A stretch of 64,000 nucleotides of DNA. Source: Eledone cirrhosa. Lineage: Eukaryota. Under the pieces are notes generated by a model. That model saw only the letters and a program-made list of their open reading frames with translations, ran no database searches and was not told where the DNA came from. The stretch spans positions 36,890,001-36,954,000 of the forward strand of contig OZ024758.1 in assembly GCA_964016885.1 (NCBI GenBank). Reading direction: 5' to 3'. The position numbers and the translations under genes are program-made. Of the stretch, positions 25,610-37,660 are shown piece after piece; position 1 is the first letter of the stretch; every line of letters starts with the position of its first letter.

Positions 25610-28600
25610 TGTCAGAAGTAACTCCACTGTTGTTGAGAATTCATTTAAACCATGGTATTAGTTGTCAGAAGTAACTCCAATGTTGGTGAGAATTCATTTA
25701 AGTTCATGGTACTAGCTGTCAGAAGTAACTCCACTGTTGGTGAGAATTCATTTAAGTTCATGGTATTAGCTGTCAGAAGTAACTCCACTGTTGGTGAGAA
25801 TTCATTTAAGTTCATGGTACTAGTTGTCAGAAGTAACTCCACTGTTGGTGAGAATTCATTTAAGTTCATGGTATTAGTTGTCAGAAGTAACTCCACTGTT
25901 GGTGAGAATTCATTTAAGTCATGGTATTAGTTGTCAGAAGTAACTCCAATGTTGGTGAGAATTCATTTAAGTTCATGGTACTAGCTGTCAGAAGTAACTC
26001 CACTGTTGGTGAGAATTCATTTAAGTTCATGGTATTAGCTGTCAGAAGTAACTCCACTGTTGGTGAGAATTCATTTAGGTCATGGTATTAGCTGTCAGAA
26101 GTAACTCCATTGTTGGTGAGAATTCATTTAAGTCATGGTACTAGCTGTCAGAAGTAACTCCACTGTTGGTGAGAATTCATTTAAGTTCATGGTATTAGCT
26201 GTCAGAAGGAACTCCACTGTTGGTGAGAATTCATTTAAGTTCATGGTACTAGCTGTCAGAAGTAACTCCACTGTTGGTGAGAATTCATTTAAGTTCATGG
26301 TATTAGTTTGTCAGAAGTAACTCCACTGTTGGTGAGAATTCATTTAAGTCATGGTATTAGTTGTCAGAAGTAACTCCAATGTTGGTGAGAATTCATTTAA
26401 GTCATGGTACTAGCTGTCAGAAGTAACTCCAATGTTGGTGAGAATTCATTTAAGTTCATGGTATTAGCTGTCAGAAGGAACTCCACTGTTGGTGAGAATT
26501 CATTTAAGTTCATGGTATTCGCTGTCAGAAGTAACTCCACTGTTGGTGAGAATTCATTTAAGTTCAAGGTACTAGCTGTCAGAAGTAACAACAATGTTGG
26601 TGAGAATTCATTTAAGTTCATGGTAATAGCTGTCAGAAGTAACTCCACTGTTGGTGAGAATTCATTTAAGTTCATGGTACTAGCCGTCAGAAGTAACTCC
26701 ACTGTTGGTGAGAATTCAGTTAAGTTCATGGTATTAGTTGTCAGAAGTAACTCCACTGTTGGTGAGAATTCATTTAAATCATGGTATTAGTTGTCAGAAG
26801 TAACTCCAATGTTGGTGAGAATTCATTTAAGTTCATGGTACTAGCTGTCAGAAGTAACTCCACTGTTGGTGAGAATTCATTTAAGTTCATGGTATTAGTT
26901 TGTCAGAAGTAACTCCACTGTTGGTGAGAATTCATTTAAGTCATGGTATTAGTTGTCAGAAGTAACTCCAATGTTGGTGAGAATTGATTTAAGTTCATGG
27001 TACTAGCTGTCAGAAGTAACTCCACTGTTGGTGAGAATTCATTTAAGTTCATGGTATTAGCTGTCAGAAGTAACTCCACTGTTGGTGAGAATTGATTTAA
27101 GTTCATGGTACTAGCTGCCAGAAGTAACTCCACTGTTGGTGAGAATTCAGTTAAGTTCATGGTACTAGCCGTCAGAAGTAACTCCACTGTTGGTGAGAAT
27201 TCAGTTAAGTTCATGGTATTAGTTGTCAGAAGTAACTCCACTGTTGGTGAGAATTCATTTAAGTTCATGGTACTAGCTGTCAGAAGTAACTCCACTGTTG
27301 GTGAGAATTCATTTAAGTTCATGGTATTAGCTGTCAGAAGTAACTCCACTGTTGGTGAGAATTCATTTAAGTCATGGTATTAGTTGTCAGAAGTAACTCC
27401 AATGTTGGTGAGAATTCATTTAAGTTCATGGTACTAGCTGTCAGAAGTAACTCCACTGTTGGTGAGAATTCATTTAAGTTCATGGTATTAGATGTCAGAA
27501 GTAACTCCACTGTTGGTGAGAATTCATTTAAGTCATGGTATTAGCTGTCAGAAGTAACTCCAATGTTGGTGAGAATTCATTTAAGTCTTGGTATTAGATG
27601 TCAGAAGTAACTCCACTGTTGGTGAGAATTCATTTAAGTTCATGGTACTAACTGTCAGAAGTAACTCCAATGTTGGTGAGAAATCATTTAAGTTCATGGT
27701 ATTAGCTGTCAGAAGTAACTCCACTGTTGGTGAGAATTCATTTAAGTCATGGTATTAGCTGTCAGAAGTAACTCCAATGTTGGTGAGAATTCATTTAAGT
27801 TCATGGTATTAGCTGTCAGAAGTAACTCCACTGTTGTTGAGAATTCATTTAAACCATGGTATTAGTTGTCAGAAGTAACTCCAATGTTGGTGAGAATTCA
27901 TTTAAGTTCATGGTACTAGCTGTCAGAAGTAACTCCACTGTTGGTGAGAATTCATTTAAGTTCATGGTATTAGCTGTCAGAAGTAACTCCACTGTTGGTG
28001 AGAATTCATTTAAGTTCATGGTACTAGTTGTCAGAAGTAACTCCACTGTTGGTGAGAATTCATTTAAGTTCATGGTATTAGTTGTCAGAAGTAACTCCAC
28101 TGTTGGTGAGAATTCATTTAAGTCATGGTATTAGTTGTCAGAAGTAACTCCAATGTTGGTGAGAATTCATTTAAGTTCATGGTACTAGCTGTCAGAAGTA
28201 ACTCCACTGTTGGTGAGAATTCATTTAAGTTCATGGTATTAGCTGTCAGAAGTAACTCCACTGTTGGTGAGAATTCATTTAAGTCATGGTATTAGCTGTC
28301 AGAAGTAACTCCATTGTTGGTGAGAATTCATTTAAGTCATGGTACTAGCTGTCAGAAGTAACTCCACTGTTGGTGAGAATTCATTTAAGTTCATGGTATT
28401 AGCTGTCAGAAGGAACTCCACTGTTGGTGAGAATTCATTTAAGTTCATGGTACTAGCTGTCAGAAGTAACTCCACTGTTGGTGAGAATTCATTTAAGTTC
28501 ATGGTATTAGTTTGTCAGAAGTAACTCCACTGTTGGTGAGAATTCATTTAAGTCATGGTATTAGTTGTCAGAAGTAACTCCACTGTTGGTGAGAATTGAT

Positions 28601-28765
28601 TTAAGTCATGGTACTAGCTGTCAGAAGTAACTCCAATGTTGGTGAGAATTCATTTAAGTTCATGGTATTAGCTGTCAGAAGGAACTCCACTGTTGGTGAG
28701 AATTCATTTAAGTTCATGGTATTCGCTGTCAGAAGTAACTCCACTGTTGGTGAGAATTCATTTAA
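25610..28765. repeat. Duplication of about 0.95 kb at offset 2204 bp
   Basis: ORF pairs are 25652/27856, 26135/28339 and 26404/28608. The marker TGTTGAGAATTCATTTAAACCATGG is at 25631 and 27835. Confidence 0.8.
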
Positions 28766-29807
28766 GTTCATGGTACTAGCTGTCAGAAGTAACTCCACTG
28801 TTGGTGAGAATTCATTTAAACCATGGTATTAGTTGTCAGAAGTAACTCCAATGTTGGTGAGAATTCATTTAAGTTCATGGTACTAGCTGTCAGAAGTAAC
28901 TCCACTGTTGGTGAGAATTCATTTAAGTTCATGGTATTCGCTGTCAGAAGTAACTCCACTGTTGGTGAGAATTCATTTAAGTTCAAGGTACTAGCTGTCA
29001 GAAGTAACAACAATGTTGGTGAGAATTCATTTAAGTTCATGGTAATAGCTGTCAGAAGTAACTCCACTGTTGGTGAGAATTCATTTAAGTTCATGGTATT
29101 AGCTGTCAGAAGTAACTCCACTGTTGGTGAGAATTCAGTTAAGTTCATGGTATTAGTTGTCAGAAGTAACTCCACTGTTGGTGAGAATTCATTTAAGTCA
29201 TGGTATTAGCTGTCAGAAGTAACTCCAATGTTGGTGAGAATTCATTTAAGTTCATGGTATTAGATGTCAGAAGTAACTCCACTGTTGGTGAGAATTCATT
29301 TAAGTTCATGGTACTAGCTGTCAGAAGTAACCCCAATGTTGGTGAGAATTCATTTAAGTTCATGGTATTAGCTGTCAGAAGTCACTCCAATGTTGGTGAG
29401 AATTCATTTAAGTTCATGGTATTAGCTGTGAGAAGTCACTCCACTGTTGGTGAGAATTCATTTAAGTTCATGGTATTAGCTGTCAGAAGTACCTCCACTG
29501 TTGGTGAGAATTCATTTAAGTTCATGGTATTAGCTGTCAGAAGTAACTCCACTGTTGGTGAGAATTCATTTAAGTTCATGGTATTAGCTGTCAGAAGTAA
29601 CTCCACTGTTGGTGAGAATTCATTTAAGTTCATGGTACTAGTTGTCAGAAGTAACTCCACTGTTGGTGAGAATTCATTTAAGTTCATGTTACTAGCTGTC
29701 AGAAGTAACTCCACTGTTGGTGAGAATTCATTTAAGTTCATGGTATTAGTTTGTCAGAAGTAACTCCAATGTTGGTGAGAATTCATTTAAGTTCATGGTA
29801 CTAGCTG

Positions 29808-32350
29808 TCAGAAGTCACTCCACTGTTGGTGGGAATTCATTTAAGTTCATGGTATTAGTTTGTCAGAAGTAACTCCACTGTTGGTGAGAATTCATTTAAG
29901 TCATGGTATTAGTTGTCAGAAGTAACTCCAATGTTGGTGAGAATTCATTTAAGTTCATGGTACTAGCTGTCAGAAGTAACTCCACCGTTGGTGAGAATTC
30001 ATTTAAGTTCATGGTATTAGCTGTCAGAAGTAACTCCACTGTTGGTGAGAATTCATTTAAGTCATGGTATTAGCTGTCAGAAGTAACTCCAATGTTGGTG
30101 AGAATTCATTTAAGTCATGGTACTAGCTGTCAGAAGTAACTCCAATGTTGGTGAGAATTCATTTAAGTTCATGGTATTAGCTGTCAGAAGTCACTCCAAT
30201 GTTGGTGAGAATTCATTTAAGTTCATGGTATTAGCTGTCAGAAGTAACTCCACTGTTGGTGAGAATTCATTTAAGTTCATGGTATTAGCTGTCAGAAGTA
30301 ACTCCACTGTTGGTGAGAATTCATTTAAGTTCATTGTATTAGCTGTCAGAAGAAACTCCACTGTTGGTGAGAATTCATTTAAGTTCATGGTATTAGCTGT
30401 TAGATGGAACTACAATGTTGGTGAGAATTCATTTAAGTCATGGTACTAGCTGTCAGAAGTAACTCCACTGTTGGTGAGAATTCATTTAAGTTCATGGTAT
30501 TGGCTGTCAGAAGGAACGCCACTGTTGGTGAGAATTCATTTAAGTTCATGGTATTAGCTGTCAGAAGTAACTCCACTGTTGGTGAGAATTCATTTAAGTT
30601 CATGGTACTAGCTGTCAGAAGTAACTCCAATGTTGGTGAGAATTCATTTAAGTTCATGGTATTAGCTGTCAGAAGGAACTCCACTGTTGCTGAGAATTCA
30701 TTTAAGTTCATGGTATTAGCTGTCAGAAGTAACTCCACTGTTGGTGAGAATTCATTTAAGTTCATGGTATTAGCTGTCAGAAGTAACTCCACTGTTGGTG
30801 AGAATTCATTTAAGTCATGGTATTAGCTGTCAGAAGTAACTCCATTTTTGGTGAGAATTCATTTAAGTCATGGTACTAGCTGTCAGAAGTAACTCCAATG
30901 TTGGTGAGAATTCATTTAAGTCATGGTACTAGCTGTCAGAAGTAACTCCACTGTTGGTGAGAATTCATTTAAGTTCATGGTATTAGCTGTCAGAAGGAAC
31001 TCCACTGTTGGTGAGAATTCATTTAAGTTCATGGTATTAGCTGTCAGAAGTAACTCCACTGTTGGTGAGAATTCATTTAAGTTCATGGTATTAGCTGTCA
31101 GAAGTAACTCCACTGTTGGTGAGAATTCATTTAAGTTCATGGTACTAGCTGTCAGAAGTAACTCCAATGTTGGTGAGAATTCATTTAAGTTCATGGTATT
31201 AGCTGTCAGAAGTAACTCCACTGTTGGTGAGAATTCATTTAAGTCATGGTATTTATTAGCTGTCAGAAGTAACACCAATGTTGGTGAGAATTCATTTAAG
31301 TCATGGTACTAGCTGTCACAAGTAACTCCACTGTTGGTGAGAATTCATTTAAGTTCATGGTACTAGCTGTCAGAAGTAACTCCATTGTTGGTGAGAATTC
31401 ATTTAAGTTCATGGTATTAGTTTGTCAGAAGTAACTCCACTGTTGGTGAGAATTCATTTAAGTCATGGTATTAGTTGTCAGAAGTAACTCCAATGTTGGT
31501 GAGAATTCATTTAAGTTCATGGTACTAGCTGTCAGAAGTAACTCCACTGTTGGTGAGAATTCATTTAAGTCATGGTATTAGCTGTCAGAAGTAACTCCAA
31601 TGTTGGTGAGAATTCATTTAAGTTCATGGTATTAGCTGTCAGAAGTAACTCCACTGTTGGTGAGAATTCATTTAAGTTCATTGTATTAGCTGTCAGAAGA
31701 AACTCCACTGTTGGTGAGAATTCATTTAAGTTCATGGTATTAGCTGTTAGATGGAACTCCAATGTTGGTGAGAATTCATTTAAGTCATGGTACTAGCTGT
31801 CAGAAGTAACTCCACTGTTGGTGAGAATTCATTTAAGTTCATGGTATTGGCTGTCAGAAGGAACGCCACTGTTGGTGAGAATTCATTTAAGTTCATGGTA
31901 TTAGCTGTCAGAAGTAACTCCACTGTTGGTGAGAATTCATTTAAGTTCATGGTACTAGCTGTCAGAAGTAACTCCAATGTTGGTGAGAATTCATTTAAGT
32001 TCATGGTATTAGCTGTCAGAAGGAACTCCACTGTTGCTGAGAATTCATTTAAGTTCATGGTATTAGCTGTCAGAAGTAACTCCACTGTTGGTGAGAATTC
32101 ATTTAAGTTCATGGTATTAGCTGTCAGAAGTAACTCCATCGTTGGTGAGAATTCATTTAAGTCATGGTACTAGCTGTCAGAAGTAACTCCAATGTTGGTG
32201 AGAATTCATTTAAGTCATGGTACTAGCTGTCAGAAGTAACTCCACTGTTGGTGAGAATTCATTTAAGTTCATGGTATTAGCTGTCAGAAGGAACTCCACT
32301 GTTGGTGAGAATTCATTTAAGTTCATGGTATTAGCTGTCAGAATTAACTC
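29808..32350. repeat. Copy of ~14690-17230 (offset 15118 bp)
   Basis: ORF pairs are 14999/30117, 15322/30440, 15805/30923, 16454/31572, 16669/31787 and 17099/32217. The private variant GGAACTACAATG is seen only at ~15288 and ~30406. Confidence 0.9.
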
Positions 32351-33797
32351 CACTGTTGGTGAGAATTCATTTAAGTTCATGGTATTAGCTGTCAGAAGGA
32401 ACTCCACTGTTGGTGAGAATTCATTTAAGTTCATGGTATTAGCTGTCAGAAGTAACTCCACTGTTGGTGAGAATTCATTTAAGTTCATGGTATTAGCTGT
32501 CAGAAGTAACTCCACTGTTGGTGAGAATTCATTTAAGTTCATGGTACTAGCTGTCAGAAGTAACTCCAATGTTGGTGAGAATTCATTTAAGTTCATGGTA
32601 TTAGCTGTCAGAAGTAACTCCACTGTTGGTGAGAATTCATTTAAGTCATGGTATTTATTAGCTGTCAGAAGTAACACCAATGTTGGTGAGAATTCATTTA
32701 AGTCATGGTACTAGCTGTCACAAGTAACTCCACTGTTGGTGAGAATTCATTTAAGTTCATGGTACTAGCTGTCAGAAGTAACTCCATTGTTGGTGAGAAT
32801 TCATTTAAGTTCATGGTATTAGTTTGTCAGAAGTAACTCCACTGTTGGTGAGAATTCATTTAAGTCATGGTATTAGTTGTCAGAAGTAACTCCAATGTTG
32901 GTGAGAATTCATTTAAGTTCATGGTACTAGCTGTCAGAAGTAACTCCACTGTTGGTGAGAATTCATTTAAGTCATGGTATTAGCTGTCAGAAGTAACTCC
33001 AATGTTGGTGAGAATTCATTTAAGTTCATGGTATTAGCTGTCAGAAGTAACTCCACTGTTGGTGAGAATTCATTTAAGTTCATTGTATTAGCTGTCAGAA
33101 GAAACTCCACTGTTGGTGAGAATTCATTTAAGTTCATGGTATTAGCTGTTAGATGGAACTCCAATGTTGGTGAGAATTCATTTAAGTCATGGTACTAGCT
33201 GTCAGAAGTAACTCCACTGTTGGTGAGAATTCATTTAAGTTCATGGTATTGGCTGTCAGAAGGAACGCCACTGTTGGTGAGAATTCATTTAAGTTCATGG
33301 TATTAGCTGTCAGAAGTAACTCCACTGTTGGTGAGAATTCATTTAAGTTCATGGTACTAGCTGTCAGAAGTAACTCCAATGTTGGTGAGAATTCATTTAA
33401 GTTCATGGTATTAGCTGTCAGAAGGAACTCCACTGTTGCTGAGAATTCATTTAAGTTCATGGTATTAGCTGTCAGAAGTAACTCCACTGTTGGTGAGAAT
33501 TCATTTAAGTTCATGGTATTAGCTGTCAGAAGTAACTCCATCGTTGGTGAGAATTCATTTAAGTCATGGTACTAGCTGTCAGAAGTAACTCCAATGTTGG
33601 TGAGAATTCATTTAAGTCATGGTACTAGCTGTCAGAAGTAACTCCACTGTTGGTGAGAATTCATTTAAGTTCATGGTATTAGCTGTCAGAAGGAACTCCA
33701 CTGTTGGTGAGAATTCATTTAAGTTCATGGTATTAGCTGTCAGAATTAACTCCACTGTTGGTGAGAATTCATTTAAGTTCATGGTATTAGCTGTCAG
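30975..33797. repeat. Tandem duplication with a 1402-bp period
   Basis: ORF pairs are 31572/32974, 31787/33189 and 32217/33619. Markers are GTATTTATTAG (31249/32651) and GTCACAAG (31315/32717). Confidence 0.85.
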
Positions 33798-36700
33798 AAG
33801 TAACTCCACTGTTGGTGAGAATTCATTTAAGTTCATGGTACTAGCTGTCAGAAGTAACTCCAATGTTGGTGAGAATTCATTTAAGTTCATGGTATTAGCT
33901 GTCAGAAGTAACTCCACTGTTGGTGAGAATTCATTTAAGTCATGGTATTTATTAGCTGTCAGAAGTAACACCAATGTTGGTGAGAATTCATTTAAGTCAT
34001 GGTACTAGCTGTCAGAAGTAACTCCACTGTTGGTGAGAATTCATTTAAGTTCATGGTACTAGCTGTCAGAAGTAACTCCATTGTTGGTGAGAATTCATTT
34101 AAGTTCATGGTATTAGTTTGTCAGAAGTAACTCCACTGTTGGTGAGAATTCATTTAAGTCATGGTATTAGTTGTCAGAAGTAACTCCAATGTTGGTGAGA
34201 ATTCATTTAAGTTCATGGTACTAGCTGTCAGAAGTAACTCCACTGTTGGTGAGAATTCATTTAAGTCATGGTATTAGCTGTCAGAAGTAACTCCAATGTT
34301 GGTGAGAATTCATTTAAGTTCATGGTATTAGCTGTCAGAAGTCACTCCACTGTTGGTGAGAATTCATTTAAGTTCATGGTACTAGCTGTCAGAAGTAACC
34401 CCAATGTTGGTGTGAATTCATTTAAGTTCATGGTATTAGCTGTCAGAAGTCACTCCAATGTTGGTGAGAATTCATTTAAGTTCATGGTATTAGCTGTCAG
34501 AAGTAACTCCACTGTTGGTGAGAATTCATTTAAGTTCATGGTATTAGCTGTCAGAAGTAACTCCACTGTTGGTGAGAATTCATTTAAGTTCATGGTACTA
34601 GTTGTCAGAAGTAACTCCACTGTTGGTGAGAATTCATTTAAGTTCATGGTATTAGTTGTCAGAAGTAACTCCACTGTTGGTGAGAATTCATTTAAGTTCA
34701 TGGTATTAGCTGTCAGAAGTAACTCCACTGTTGGTGAGAATTCATTTAAGTCATGGTATTAGCTGTCAGAAGTAACTCCATTGTTGGTGAGAATTCATTT
34801 AAGTCATGGTACTAGCTGTCAGAAGTAACTCCACTGTTGGTGAGAATTCATTTAAGTTCATGGTATTAGCTGTCAGAAGGATCTCCACTGTTGGTGAGAA
34901 TTCATTTAACTTCATGGTACTAGCTGTCAGAAGTAACTCTACTGTTGGTGAGAATTCATTTAAGTTCATGGTATTAGTTTGTCAGAAGTAACTCCACTGT
35001 TGGTGAGAATTCATTTAAGTCATGGTATTAGTTGTCAGAAGTAACTCCAATGTTGGTGAGAATTCATTTAAGTCATGGTACTAGCTGTCAGAAGTAACTC
35101 CAATGTTGGTGAGAATTCATTTAAGTTCATCGTATTAGCTGTCAGAAGGAACTCCACTGTTGGTGAGAATTCATTTAAGTTCATGGTACTAGCTGTCAGA
35201 AGTCACTCCACTGTTGGTGAGAATTCATTTAAGTTCATGGTATTAGTTTGTCAGAAGTAACTCCACTGTTGGTGAGAATTCATTTAAGTCATGGTATTAG
35301 TTGTCAGAAGTAACTCCAATGTTGGTGAGAATTCATTTAAGTTCATGGTACTAGCTGTCAGAAGTAACTCCACTGTTGGTGAGAATTCATTTAAGTCATG
35401 GTATTAGCTGTCAGAAGTAACTCCAATGTTGGTGAGAATTCATTTAAGTTCATGGTATTAGCTGTCAGAAGTAACTCCACTGTTGGTGAGAATTCATTTA
35501 AGTTCATTGTATTAGCTGTCAGAAGAAACTCCACTGTTGGTGAGAATTCATTTAAGTTCATGGTATTAGCTGTTAGATGGAACTCCAATGTTGGTGAGAA
35601 TTCATTTAAGTCATGGTACTAGCTGTCAGAAGTAACTCCACTGTTGGTGAGAATTCATTTAAGTTCATGGTATTGGCTGTCAGAAGGAACGCCACTGTTG
35701 GTGAGAATTCATTTAAGTTCATGGTATTAGCTGTCAGAAGTAACTCCACTGTTGGTGAGAATTCATTTAAGTTCATGGTACTAGCTGTCAGAAGTAACTC
35801 CAATGTTGGTGAGAATTCATTTAAGTTCATGGTATTAGCTGTCAGAAGGAACTCCACTGTTGCTGAGAATTCATTTAAGTTCATGGTATTAGCTGTCAGA
35901 AGTAACTCCACTGTTGGTGAGAATTCATTTAAGTTCATGGTATTAGCTGTCAGAAGTAACTCCATCGTTGGTGAGAATTCATTTAAGTCATGGTACTAGC
36001 TGTCAGAAGTAACTCCAATGTTGGTGAGAATTCATTTAAGTCATGGTACTAGCTGTCAGAAGTAACTCCACTGTTGGTGAGAATTCATTTAAGTTCATGG
36101 TATTAGCTGTCAGAAGGAACTCCACTGTTGGTGAGAATTCATTTAAGTTCATGGTATTAGCTGTCAGAATTAACTCCACTGTTGGTGAGAATTCATTTAA
36201 GTTCATGGTATTAGCTGTCAGAAGTAACTCCACTGTTGGTGAGAATTCATTTAAGTTCATGGTACTAGCTGTCAGAAGTAACTCCAATGTTGGTGAGAAT
36301 TCATTTAAGTTCATGGTATTAGCTGTCAGAAGTAACTCCACTGTTGGTGAGAATTCATTTAAGTCATGGTATTTATTAGCTGTCAGAAGTAACACCAATG
36401 TTGGTGAGAATTCATTTAAGTCATGGTACTAGCTGTCAGAAGTAACTCCACTGTTGGTGAGAATTCATTTAAGTTCATGGTACTAGCTGTCAGAAGTAAC
36501 TCCATTGTTGGTGAGAATTCATTTAAGTTCATGGTATTAGTTTGTCAGAAGTAACTCCACTGTTGGTGAGAATTCATTTAAGTCATGGTATTAGTTGTCA
36601 GAAGTAACTCCAATGTTGGTGAGAATTCATTTAAGTTCATGGTACTAGCTGTCAGAAGTAACTCCACTGTTGGTGAGAATTCATTTAAGTCATGGTATTA

Positions 36701-37660
36701 GCTGTCAGAAGTAACTCCAATGTTGGTGAGAATTCATTTAAGTTCATGGTATTAGCTGTCAGAAGTCACTCCACTGTTGGTGAGAATTCATTTAAGTTCA
36801 TGGTACTAGCTGTCAGAAGTAACCCCAATGTTGGTGTGAATTCATTTAAGTTCATGGTATTAGCTGTCAGAAGTCACTCCAATGTTGGTGAGAATTCATT
36901 TAAGTTCATGGTATTAGCTGTCAGAAGTAACTCCACTGTTGGTGAGAATTCATTTAAGTTCATGGTATTAGCTGTCAGAAGTAACTCCACTGTTGGTGAG
37001 AATTCATTTAAGTTCATGGTACTAGTTGTCAGAAGTAACTCCACTGTTGGTGAGAATTCATTTAAGTTCATGGTATTAGTTGTCAGAAGTAACTCCACTG
37101 TTGGTGAGAATTCATTTAAGTTCATGGTATTAGCTGTCAGAAGTAACTCCACTGTTGGTGAGAATTCATTTAAGTCATGGTATTAGCTGTCAGAAGTAAC
37201 TCCATTGTTGGTGAGAATTCATTTAAGTCATGGTACTAGCTGTCAGAAGTAACTCCACTGTTGGTGAGAATTCATTTAAGTTCATGGTATTAGCTGTCAG
37301 AAGGATCTCCACTGTTGGTGAGAATTCATTTAACTTCATGGTACTAGCTGTCAGAAGTAACTCTACTGTTGGTGAGAATTCATTTAAGTTCATGGTATTA
37401 GTTTGTCAGAAGTAACTCCACTGTTGGTGAGAATTCATTTAAGTCATGGTATTAGTTGTCAGAAGTAACTCCAATGTTGGTGAGAATTCATTTAAGTCAT
37501 GGTACTAGCTGTCAGAAGTAACTCCAATGTTGGTGAGAATTCATTTAAGTTCATCGTATTAGCTGTCAGAAGGAACTCCACTGTTGGTGAGAATTCATTT
37601 AAGTTCATGGTACTAGCTGTCAGAAGTCACTCCACTGTTGGTGAGAATTCATTTAAGTTC
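32800..37660. repeat. Tandem duplication with a 2424-bp period (45 monomers)
   Basis: ORF pairs are 32974/35398, 33189/35613, 33619/36043, 34268/36692, 34806/37230 and 35075/37499. The marker GGTGTGAATTC is at ~34409 and ~36833. Confidence 0.9.
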
